DNA of 64,000 nucleotides from Albugo candida (Eukaryota): NCBI GenBank assembly GCA_040437565.1, contig JBDOQK010000020.1, positions 1 to 64,000 of the forward strand, read 5' to 3'. Shown piece by piece: positions 13,691 to 23,987 of this stretch (position 1 is its first letter; each line of letters starts with the position of its first letter). The notes under the pieces were generated by a model. It saw only the letters and a program-made list of their open reading frames with translations, ran no database searches and was not told where the DNA came from. The position numbers and the translations under genes were made by a program.

Positions 13691-14875
13691 TCATAGACCA
13701 TGACCGACTGTGGAGCTTTCCATGTCGTCAATTATCAGAGTCTCCTCTAACTCCCCTAAGAGCCCCACAGATTCCTCAACGCAAATTTCATCATTCTGTG
13801 AATACCATTGAAAGCAGTAGCCTTGAAAATAATCCTTGAGCGGAAACCAATTGATTCCAATTCCAACTAATGCAGTGAGAAGTCCTGCTGTCTGCTTTTG
13901 GGAAAGGATGTGCCCAAAATATACAACTGAAACCATCACACTGACAACCTTCCGACAGGTTCCAAAAATCGATGTTGTCAGCGCACCAAATCTGCTCAAT
14001 GTGATAAATACAAATACTTGACCAAACGCACCAGAAGCACTAAGCAATAAATAAGTGTTGATGAAAGATTCGAATGATTCATGAACGCGTACGGATTCTC
14101 CAGTCAGAATCACACCTACTGCCGCAAACAAGCACTTCCAAAGATTGACAAAATACATCAAGCGAAATGTGCCTACGTGATACGCTGAGAAAAGGTGGTC
14201 TTCCATCGCTCCCGTGACGCCATCACAGCCCAATGAGATTACCAATGTAATCATTCCAAACAGCAAGTTGTGTGGTTCAGCCTGACTGGAATGTACAGAC
14301 TCAGAGACCTGTTTCCCGCTCACAGGAGCTTTTGTATTTCGTGTGCCGATAAGAAAAAAGGCCACTCCGATGCAAAGAATACAAATAGAAACGTACTTTT
14401 CGGGTTTGTAAGTTTTACCAAAGGACCTTCCGATCAACATGATTGGAATTGCTTTGCAAGATTTTCCGAGAATTCGAGTGATAAAATTCATATATCGAAG
14501 TGCGATGACTGAAGTAACAGTAGAGCCAAACGCAAAAAATCCAAGAACAAATATAAGCAGATGAGGAGTACATGCGTTTGTTTCTCTAGTAAATCGATGA
14601 ATTCCAAAGGCGATTAACGCATTCAATCCACATAAAATAAAGGTTAGTGAGAACTCGCCAATATGTCGATGTGAGGTTACTTTCTCCAATAGGAATCCAT
14701 TTGCAGTAAAAGTGATCAAAATTCCAAGGAAACAACACAAAAAATCGCGCTTTGTATGGTCGCAAGCAATCTTACAATCTCTCCACCAGATCGATTTTCT
14801 ACATCGATTGCTTTCTTGCAAGCTAATCACCAACGCTGAATGTTGATGAGCTTCTTCAACACCCTCTGTGAGCAT
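13691..14875 (-). CDS. UAA-family nucleotide-sugar (UDP-galactose/UDP-glucose-type) transporter, SLC35B-like
   Basis: 394-aa multi-TM ORF with family motifs ALRYMNFITRILGKSCKAIPIML, SLGCDGVTGAMED and GQVFVFITLSRFGALTTSIFGTCRKVVSV. Confidence 0.9.
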   Translation of the reverse strand: MLTEGVEEAHQHSALVISLQESNRCRKSIWWRDCKIACDHTKRDFLCCFLGILITFTANGFLLEKVTSHRHIGEFSLTFILCGLNALIAFGIHRFTRETNACTPHLLIFVLGFFAFGSTVTSVIALRYMNFITRILGKSCKAIPIMLIGRSFGKTYKPEKYVSICILCIGVAFFLIGTRNTKAPVSGKQVSESVHSSQAEPHNLLFGMITLVISLGCDGVTGAMEDHLFSAYHVGTFRLMYFVNLWKCLFAAVGVILTGESVRVHESFESFINTYLLLSASGAFGQVFVFITLSRFGALTTSIFGTCRKVVSVMVSVVYFGHILSQKQTAGLLTALVGIGINWFPLKDYFQGYCFQWYSQNDEICVEESVGLLGELEETLIIDDMESSTVGHGL

Positions 14876-15124
14876 GTTGAAGTTGTATCACAGAAGGCGT
14901 AGTACTTTTCCGAGCATACCTTTACGCAGAGCGATTGATTGGTTCTCTATCATCCAGTAGTACACTGTATAGTACACAAAATAATGTGTGTATAAAGAAA
15001 TTGGTTGGTGGAGAAGTATGGAGTAGCATATCGTACAAACAATCGGTAATTTTGGCAGTAACCGCTGTATCGAGAAAATCTATGCAACGTTTTTCTTTCA
15101 CTCTCTCTTTTTACTACTGATACT

Positions 15125-15143
15125 AAAAAAAACGAAAAAAAAA
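15125..15143 (+). promoter_or_regulatory. A-rich tract in the predicted PABP 5' UTR (candidate autoregulatory element)
   Basis: AAAAAAAACGAAAAAAAAA just upstream of a predicted 55-nt 5'-UTR intron (15161-15215) that ends 3 nt before the ATG. Confidence 0.5.
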
Positions 15144-15218
15144 GCGACTATTTTCTTCAGGTATGACTCAAGCGATGAGAACTCAGCCAAATGTGAATTT
15201 TTTATCTTACCTTAGAAC

Positions 15219-17154
15219 ATGGCCAACGCAGTGACTTCCCCAACCAACAGCCCCACAACTGCTTCCGCCAGTGGACCTATTCAACCTTTTCAAACAGCAT
15301 CCTTATACGTCGGCGACATCCATCCTGATGTTACAGAGGTACTTGTGAAATTTTATATATTCAAATGTATCATTTCTCTAAATTCTCAATCAGGCTCTGC
15401 TTTTTGAAATATTTAATGCTGTCGGACCGGTAGCTTCGATTCGTGTGTGTCGTGATGCAGTCACACGTCGCTCGCTCGGATATGCGTATGTCAACTTTCA
15501 CAACATCGTCGACGCAGAACGCGCGCTTGACACAATGAATTTTACCTGCATCAAGGGCGTTCCATGTCGGATTATGTGGTCTCAACGCGATCCAACTCTA
15601 CGCAAGTCAGGAGTCGGAAATATCTTTGTCAAAAATTTGGATCCTTCTATCGATAACAAAGCACTTTACGACACATTTTCTTTATTTGGTAATATCCTTT
15701 CATGCAAAGTGGCGAACGATTTCAGCGGACAATCGAAAGGCTACGGGTATGTTCACTATGAAACTGCTGAAGCAGCCACTGAAGCAATTAATAAAATCAA
15801 TGGAATGCTAATCGCTGGGACGGAAGTATTTGTCGGTCACTTTCAAAAACGACAAGAACGACCCGATATAGAAGACTGGACAAACTGTTATGTCAAAAAC
15901 TTACCGACTCAGTGGACCGACGCAGATTTGAGAAAAGAGTTTGAGCCATTTGGACGAGTTAATAGTGCCGTTGTCATGAAAGATCCGAATTCGTCAACTA
16001 ATCGAGGCTTTGGATTTGTCAATTATGACGATGCAGAAGGCGCACATGCAGCCGTCGAAGGATTGAGTGGTAAAACTTTCAAGGGTGTCAACGGTGTTGA
16101 TTTGGAATTGTATGTTGGAAAGGCCCAAAAACGCTCAGAGCGTGAACGTGAGCTTCGCCAAAAGTTTGATCAGCTCAAATTGGAACGCATCAACAAATAT
16201 CAGGGTGTCAACTTGTATGTGAAGAATTTGGATGACCTTCTCCAGGACGAAGAATTACGCGAAGCTTTCACCAATTATGGAACTATCACGTCTGCTCGTG
16301 TCATGCGTGATTCAACTGGGAACTCGCGAGGGTTTGGATTCGTATGCTTCTCAACTTCTGAAGAAGCAGCTACCGCAGTAGCTGAAATGAATGGAAAGTT
16401 GATCGCTGGAAAACCAGTGTATGTTGCCTTCGCTCAGCGCAAAGAAGTTCGACGTGCGCAGTTGGAAGCGCAACATGCTCAACGTGCAACAGGTGTTCTA
16501 GTGAATCGTGGAATGCCGATGGGTCAACCGCCTATGTATGGAGCTCCAATGTTTTACGCCCAACCAAATCAAATGCCAATGCAGGGTCGTCAAGCGTACA
16601 TGTATCCACAACAAATGCTTCCTCGTGGCGTCCATCCACGTGCTCCATTTGGCTTTGGTGGCCGTATGCCTGGTGCTCCAGGCCCTGCAGGTTTTTCAAT
16701 GGCAGGGTACGGAATGCCGATGCAACAACAGCGCCAACCTCGGCGTGGACGGCAAGGTCCAGGTCCCGCAGGTGCACCAAATGGAATGCCAAATCGCCGT
16801 AATTTCAAGTACACAACTGGTGCTCGTAACCATCCAACGCGCGAAGGACTCGGAAATAACATGTCGGGTGGTGTGATGCAACAGGGAGCCTCCACGCAGA
16901 TGGGTGGAGCTCCTGCGTTGGAGCCATTGACTTCTGCTGCGCTTGCGGCCGCCTCACCTGAAGCTCAAAAAAATATGATTGGAGAGCGATTGTATCCGCT
17001 GATTCACCGTCAACAAAATGAATTGGCTGGCAAGATCACTGGAATGCTTTTGGAAATGGACAACAGTGAATTGCTTCATTTACTAGAAAGTCCGGATGCA
17101 TTGGATTCCAAGATACAAGAAGCGATCCAGGTGTTGGAAGCACATCAAGCATAG
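15219..17154 (+). CDS. PABP: Cytoplasmic polyadenylate-binding protein (4 RRM + MLLE/PABC); 2 coding exons (15219-15338, 15394-17154)
   Basis: SLYVGDIHPDVTE|ALLFEIFNAVGPVASIRVCRDAVTRRSLGYAYVNF, GVGNIFVKNLD, GVNLYVKNLDD, KNMIGERLYPLI...GKITGMLLEMD. A 55-nt GT-AG intron at 15339-15393 restores the frame. Confidence 0.97.
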
Positions 17155-17480
17155 AGCGGCTTGTGGGGGTGGAAGGGAAGAGAGTGTCATTCACTCGCTG
17201 CGTTGTTGTTTTTCATTTAGGAAGACAATAAGTGATATTGAAGTAAAAGTCTGCAATTTGAGGGAGCTATTCCATGTTCACTGTGTACTCTAATATGTCC
17301 GTAATTATTAATAATTGCTTAGNNNNNNNNNNNNNNNNNNNNNNNNNNNNNNNNNNNNNNNNNNNNNNNNNNNNNNNNNNNNNNNNNNNNNNNNNNNNNN
17401 NNNNNNNNNNNNNNNNNNNNNNGTCCGTAATTATTAATAATTGCTTAGACTTTGTAAGAAAGTCTTACTGGTTCACGAAG

Positions 17481-18338
17481 ATGATGCAGCGCATTCGATC
17501 TAGTGGAATATACTTTTTGCGGAGTCAATCGCGTACAATCAGATTCACTACTCCAGAAACAATCAACACTGTTCGGCACAGTTACTCTCGGGACTTTGGT
17601 ATTTTCTCTTCTATACGAGATAAAGTTAGCAATAAATTGGAAGAACGGAATCAAGCAAAGGCAGGTATACATCATCCTTATTTCTCGAGAAAAGTTATAT
17701 TTCGATGTTGAATTTTGGTGATTTATAGAGGATCTGTATCGGAATCAGATCGAAACATTGGCAAAGACACTGCAATTTGATTTGAATGTGTTTTTAGACT
17801 TCTTGAAGGCACAGCAGGAGGAAAGCGGGATGAGCGGATGGAGATCGATGCTTCCGGGAGTCAATGAAATGGTGGAATTAAGCTCTTTCAGCGAAAATGC
17901 TCCAATGTGATACTATCTTACATGTCATAGCAACAAGTGCAACAGTTGAAATCCGCTATTACGATGATCGAAGCGATCGATGTGAGATGTCGCCTTCTTC
18001 GTCCAACTTTGTATTAAGGTTCGATTTTATAGCCAGAGTATCGACAAAATCCAAATCTTTTGAATGGAAAAGTGAAGCGCAAATTGCTCGAGAAAATCAG
18101 CCAAGTGAGTGAGAAGTGAAACCTTCAGCTATTTGATTACTCATAATTTGCATTCAAGTCTGCGGAAGATATGAATAACATGTTGCGATATTATGAACAA
18201 ATCAATGGCTTGCGTCTTTGGCTATTACGACGTACGGAGAGAGGGCTCCCACTTCCAGAGAATCAAGCAGAGACAAGTCGAATGGTGCAATTAGATCCCA
18301 CAGGCTTTCCCATGAAGAAAATCCGGTATGCGTTATAA
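17481..18338 (+). CDS. Mitochondrion-targeted stand-alone Ffh/SRP54 M-domain protein (MAP67-like), 209 aa, 5 exons
   Basis: Exons 17481-17664, 17729-17871, 17931-17981, 18033-18104 and 18159-18338 have GT-AG introns of 51-64 nt and give an open frame. An Arg/Ser-rich presequence precedes FDLNVFLDFLK...GMSGWRSMLPGV...MIEAIDPEYRQNPNLLNGKVKRKL...SAEDMNNMLRYYEQI, which resembles the Ffh M domain. Confidence 0.8.
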
Positions 18339-18528
18339 GCCTTCTAAAATAGATTAACTGAGAATTATCGCATGTTAGTGCCCAAGCAAAGAAAATGAGG
18401 TCAAGATAAATGAAAGCTGGATCGGATGTTTGGGGTCTTCGCCATTGACTTGTTTTCAGTAGCTTACTGGTGCAAGCTTTACAGTCGATACAAAGTGCAA
18501 AAGTAGATGACAGGTGAACATGATCCAT

Positions 18529-20348
18529 TCATTCTTCAATTAGTAAAGGACTGCTTAGAACTGAAAAGCCCGATGCGACTCCTCCTTCATTCGTTGAATA
18601 CAATTTTGTGCGCAAGAGATGACCAGCATGACAATTCATTATTGCTTCCCCATTTTCATCGAAAAGACTGGTGATAAACATACCCAGCTCACTCAGCGTG
18701 GGTCCGATTGTGATGCTACAATCCCGTAGAAGTACCTTGTCATTTATACACAACGTGAGATGTTATCATATCATACACACTGTTGCATACATACAGCTGG
18801 GATTTGTCGAGGATAAATTCGATCCATCAAGATGAAAGAAGCTAATTTGTGAGGCTCAAAAGTACACATGGCGTTCACAACATCGTTTCCATACAAATTA
18901 TTTCCTCCACCTTCACGTTGTGGCTTGAGCACGTATGCCGATGGATTTTGTGAGACTTCAAGTCTCAGTCGATCCAAATTTGCTTGGTCATCATGCTCAA
19001 GCCCATACAGACCCGCAAAAGACGCGTGCAAAAGTTCCAGCTCATGCTCGTCAGAGATGAAACGATTTAGCACTTCTCGCTGTGAGAGCACTTGTTGAAC
19101 CTTTTTTGTGCCTGCTAAATGGTATGCAATCGATGGGCATTTTATAGCCAGAGAGCGCTCTATCACTGTACGTGCAGTCCACTCCATATCCGTCGCGTAA
19201 TCGTTAGGAGTGTATCCTGCACGAAAATAAACCACTGCAATTTCTTTTTCCTCCATCAGCAAAGCATTTTTTCTCTGCTCAATATCGACTAATGACGCTC
19301 GAGTGGCAATGTCAGAGAGAGATTTCCGCACAACACGGATTCTGTGTGATTTCCATAACTCATACTCTAGACACCGCTGATCGATAGAGTTGGTTTCATT
19401 TGGCTGTACCACAAACAATACGATAGCGCTAACACAAGCGAATAACAAGGTGTAGCGCTTTGGTTTTCTAATGTTACTTACTCTTCCACTCCGTAAAGCT
19501 GATGAGCCTTTGCCATTGCCTGTGGAATGACACTGAGGGCTTCATTTCTGGGCAATTGTGTTGAGTAATCTGCTTTCTTGTAGCGCTCATCCAGCTCCTT
19601 TATCTCTGATCCATATCGTCCCAGAAGAAAGCTAAGAAATGTACTCATAGCACCCCCTTATCTAAAACGTTTAATGACAAACCGATGCATTTCACACGCT
19701 TTTGTACTCAGAGAGCCAAACGAGCACGCAATTGTATTTAATTCCACTTGCAACAAACGACATGTGTTCTTTGCATTGGCTTTTGGTTCGTGAAGCATAT
19801 AATCGGATCGATGTATGCCAAAATACGTTTTCTGCAATGCAAATGTCTCGATAAAATACTGGGATTATGCTCATTCGAAATTTACAAACTTGTAGAATTC
19901 CCTCGCTATGAACGGATTTTGAGAGTTCCAGAAGCCTCAAGGTGAAAGAATCGTCCTCAACGACGCTAGGAGGGAAAAGAGTGAGTGCTCTGAGCCAGTC
20001 GATTGATACTCAAAACCTTGTGAGCGTATCATGAAGCCAGTTGATATCACGGCTGACTAAATCCACCAGTTTTCCGTATAGAGGAGAGAGAATTATGCCG
20101 TGGTGGAATTCTTGCAGAGGGAATGGAACAGGCAATATAGTCAACGGAATATGTGTAAATAAATGTTCCCTTCCAAATGTCAGTCCGTGCGCTAAAGCAT
20201 ATGAAATTGCTTCCTCTTTTAAATTAACGAGCATCTCGGTAGAAATGTTGAGTACTTTGGATGCTTTCCTGATAGTTTCACCATCGATGGCATCTGCTTC
20301 ATGAGACGTCAGTGGCGATGCGCTTGCACAAGTCAATAAATCGGCCAT
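18529..20348 (-). CDS. GSS: Glutathione synthetase (eukaryotic type), multi-exon
   Basis: Motifs HIPLTILPVPFP, VVYFRAGYTPNDY, IERSLAIKCPSIAYHLAGTKKVQQVL, YVLKPQREGGGNNLYG, SELGMF and GHLLRTKLYSTNEGGVASGFSVLSSP. Confidence 0.95.
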
Positions 20349-20879
20349 TAATCAGATATCTGATTCTGCGAACGATCTGATTCAAAAAGATCGACAACGT
20401 ATGTTTAAATGCATCAATCGAGAGTGATTGTAGCGTATGAGTAGTGCAATTTAGTCGGCTAGTTGACCAAAATTGCTAACGCGCTTACCAGATCTTTGAG
20501 CCCTTCTCTGATTTGAAGGCAAGAAGAGAGTCCGCACAGAAAGAAAAAGGCAAAAAAAAGTTCATAGATTGTTAAGATTTGTTAAGATCGATTGAGACAA
20601 ATTTGCACGGAAGTCCATGCTCACACAAAATAGTTGATGAGATAATGTAGAAAGCACACGAAATATCGGAATTTTCTGTCCGGTTATTAGATTTTCATAC
20701 ATATCAATAGCGGCAATGATCATCTACTCTGTTTGTGCCTAAATACATGATCAGATATTACGTCATGGTATGCGAAGACGCCATATTTTCATATATTGCA
20801 CACCGGATTGCACAAAAGTAATGTGTACCACGCTAACTGTGTATGAACAGCTAAATATGAATCGACGCCTGTAAAAGCA

Positions 20880-22127
20880 ATGTCGTTCCCTCCATTTTCC
20901 ACACAATTCACTCGAGAATATTACGAGGAATTGACGAAACAAATTCCTTCCGCTCACATCAGTCAACGTAGTGCTTACGAAGAAATAGAAATAGTGGAAG
21001 GGTGCACACTGTATGACATTTATCGTCAGCCTAGAAAACCAGTAACTGATCCCGACGCCACTAAAGTGCTCCATGTCCGCGATCTGAATTCTAATCTAAC
21101 ATGTCCAATATGTCTTGGACTAATTAACCAAACAATGGTCGTGATGGAGTGTTTACATCGATTTTGTGGTGATTGTATACAGAAATGCCTTCGTCTTGCG
21201 ATCAAAGAGTGTCCTTCGTGTCGAATTCACATTCCATCGAAACGAGCACTACGAAGGGATCTAAATTTTGATGCGTTGATCGCCACGATATATCCAGACA
21301 GACAAGAGTTCGAGCAGCAAGAAGCGCAACTAATCGAGGAAGTTAATCGATTAAGAAATTACAATAATGCTTTCACCAATGGAGTCAAGCAAGGTGTTGA
21401 GAGCCAAGCATCAATAAGAAGACAGCGTGGTAAAAAGAACACAAAGAGTACGATACGTCGATCATCGAGTTCTTCTCAATCGCAGGAACTGATAAATATA
21501 GGCAGTGGCTCGAAAGTAGAAGAAAGTGCACAGGAAAGTAAGAGCAGCCAGTCAACTCCACTCAATGAAGATCGCACATCAAGCGCGAAGAAGAGAAAAT
21601 ATCCTGAAATGGATGCCCAAGAAATTAATTTGAAGGTTGTGCTTCATCCAAAAGAAACAGATCTCACAAAAAGAGTGAAAAAAACACTATTTCGCACTTC
21701 TCCACGTTTGAAAATTCGCCATTTGAAACGTTACTTGTTGGGATTGATGGAAGTTTCGAAAAATTCGGCTCTTGCCTCACAAATAAGAATCACTCTACCA
21801 AAAGAGAATGCCGAAATATGCGGATTGCATGCAGGTCCACAGGTCGATGGACTCAATAATCAGAACCCTTCCGATACATCTCAAAGCGATAAGCACTTGC
21901 GATATGATCTATTTATTGAACAACATTTGGCTGACCACGTCATGCTTTCTGAGATATACGCTCAGTACGGAATGGGAATGGATTGGGAAATGAAATTGTG
22001 CTACCATTTTTCTCCAGATGTTATTGTCGGTGCTCAAGATATGCTGCAGACTATCGACGTCACGGTTTCACGTCCCAGTTTAGGCGCTGAAGATGTTTTA
22101 GGCTTTGGCGATAAACAAATATTTTAG
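20880..22127 (+). CDS. RING1: RING1/RNF2-like E3 ubiquitin ligase (RING finger + probable C-terminal RAWUL domain)
   Basis: LTCPICLGLINQTMVVMECLHRFCGDCIQKCLRLAIKECPSCRIHIPSKRALRRDLNFDALIATIYP matches the RING1A/B signature. A C-terminal INLKVVLHPKE...FRTSPRLKIRHLKRYL segment is RAWUL-like. Confidence 0.85.
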   Translation: MSFPPFSTQFTREYYEELTKQIPSAHISQRSAYEEIEIVEGCTLYDIYRQPRKPVTDPDATKVLHVRDLNSNLTCPICLGLINQTMVVMECLHRFCGDCIQKCLRLAIKECPSCRIHIPSKRALRRDLNFDALIATIYPDRQEFEQQEAQLIEEVNRLRNYNNAFTNGVKQGVESQASIRRQRGKKNTKSTIRRSSSSSQSQELINIGSGSKVEESAQESKSSQSTPLNEDRTSSAKKRKYPEMDAQEINLKVVLHPKETDLTKRVKKTLFRTSPRLKIRHLKRYLLGLMEVSKNSALASQIRITLPKENAEICGLHAGPQVDGLNNQNPSDTSQSDKHLRYDLFIEQHLADHVMLSEIYAQYGMGMDWEMKLCYHFSPDVIVGAQDMLQTIDVTVSRPSLGAEDVLGFGDKQIF

Positions 22128-23441
22128 CAGAATTTCGTCATTCTGACTCCATTCGTTCATATCAAATCGAAGCCCCTTCACAATCTTTGATATTTTATCA
22201 GGTCGTGTACATTTTGAGGCACAAAACTCCAACAGCCATAATGCAAATTGTTTAGCAAACAGGTTGCTACCTGTCACGTCCGCAGAAAATCGTAATGCAG
22301 TTTCTATCTCAGTCACAACTGTTTGCACAGTACTTTTACAAATATTGTGCGTTGTATGAAAATGCAATGAATCCCAAGCAAGTTGTAGACTCTCTGAAGC
22401 GCCTGAGGCCTTGCGAATGTTGCATATACTCTCAATCAGAATCTTACTTGTATCACAAATCAATGTCTCAAAGCAAGATGTTGTATGCGTCTCCTTCCTG
22501 AATGCGAATGCGAGATACTGCTGGATAACAAATCGGCGGTGGTACCATAACGCCTCGTGCTTCGGATACGCCGACAAAAGCTGCGAGATGTACTCGTATT
22601 CAGCCGACAGAATCATTTTTGCGCTCTTCTTCATAACATTTGCTACCCATTCAATTTTCAGCGCCGACGAAACAAGCAGTGCTCTATGATTCCATCCTGA
22701 GCCGTCCATCAAGTGTGATTTGCACCACATATTCATCATTTCCATTTCTTCTTTGATTAGGGTTTGTTGAGCACTTTTGTGCTTATTCATACCAGTAATT
22801 TGCAACCATATCCAATGACGATAGCTCCATGCATGATAATTACGTGGATACCGCTCTGCAATGATCTCACATAGCTCAATTTCCTCCTTTAAATAAGCAA
22901 AGTGTTCCTCTGTCGGTCGACGAGCAGAAAGCCAACGACTGCAACATACGAATTCAATTAACGAGTTCTTCTTGCCAGCAAGAGACTTACCGATAGGCCC
23001 ATGTGTCAATGCTTTTTGGATGGAACAACAACACAAGAGTACAAAATTTCAGCTCCTCATTGAGTGTCAAGTAAGACCGCGCCACAAGCTTTCTTCTGGT
23101 ATTCCAGGCTGAATAAAAATCCGGGCTTATGAGTACAATCGCACGTGTTGCGTTACTCAGTCTGGCAAGGATTGCATCAGGGACTTGAGGTACATTCAGA
23201 TTTGAATTTAAAGAATGAAATTCATCTCGTCCCTCTCTAAAAAGTTGTGGCGCAACTCGTAGTGCGATTGCAAGTTTATGAGAATGTAATTGAAAGGATT
23301 GACTGGCCTCATCAAGTATATAGCCAACTTCGTCGCTAGTTTCAAGATGTCATGAAGCGACTAATTTTATTTGAAGTAATGCAATACTCACATGAGCGGA
23401 TCTTGAGAGAACAATACGGTCAACTGTTCCACATACGCCAT
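22098..23441 (-). CDS. Protein prenyltransferase alpha-subunit repeat protein (PTAR1-like), spliced
   Basis: PFTA-type repeats EEIELCEIIAERYPRNYHAWSYRHW, SHLMDGSGWNHRA and LSAYPKHEALWYHRRF. Upstream exons read MAYVEQLTVLFSQDPL and TRAIVLISPDFYSAWNTRRKL. Confidence 0.85.
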
Positions 23442-23987
23442 TTCGTAAATGTGATTGGATACAAATGCTTCCTAAACAACTCATGTCAATTTTTTTTTTG
23501 ACGAGAAGGCATCCCGGCTGTCTGTCTGCGGATTGAGCTGTCGACGTTTACCCTCTATAGTCAATGTAAATTGGTCTCTAAACCTCCCACATACCAGCAT
23601 CATTATTTGTTCAAGTCGATGGATGCTTGCGATATTCTCCTTCGCCTTTCTGAATGAAATCTGTCATCTTAATAAGACTTGTGTATTCCTGAGCCGCCTT
23701 TGCTCTCGCACACATCTCATTCTTCAAAGCAGTTTCTATGCTCTCTTGCCTGCTATCTAGACTTTCTGCCCTTCATCGTCTATATGTTTTCGACGGTAGC
23801 CTGGCCATATCGTATGACCATCAAAACTAGATTCAGTTTTGCGTGCGATATGCCGATTAGCATGATTGCGCAGGTTGACATTGTCATCTTATCCAAGTTG
23901 AGCATTTTCACAGGATAAGTATACTAGGGAACTTTAGATGTGATATTTTTACACAAAGTGGTCATTGGATCTTGAGAAGGCGTGACC

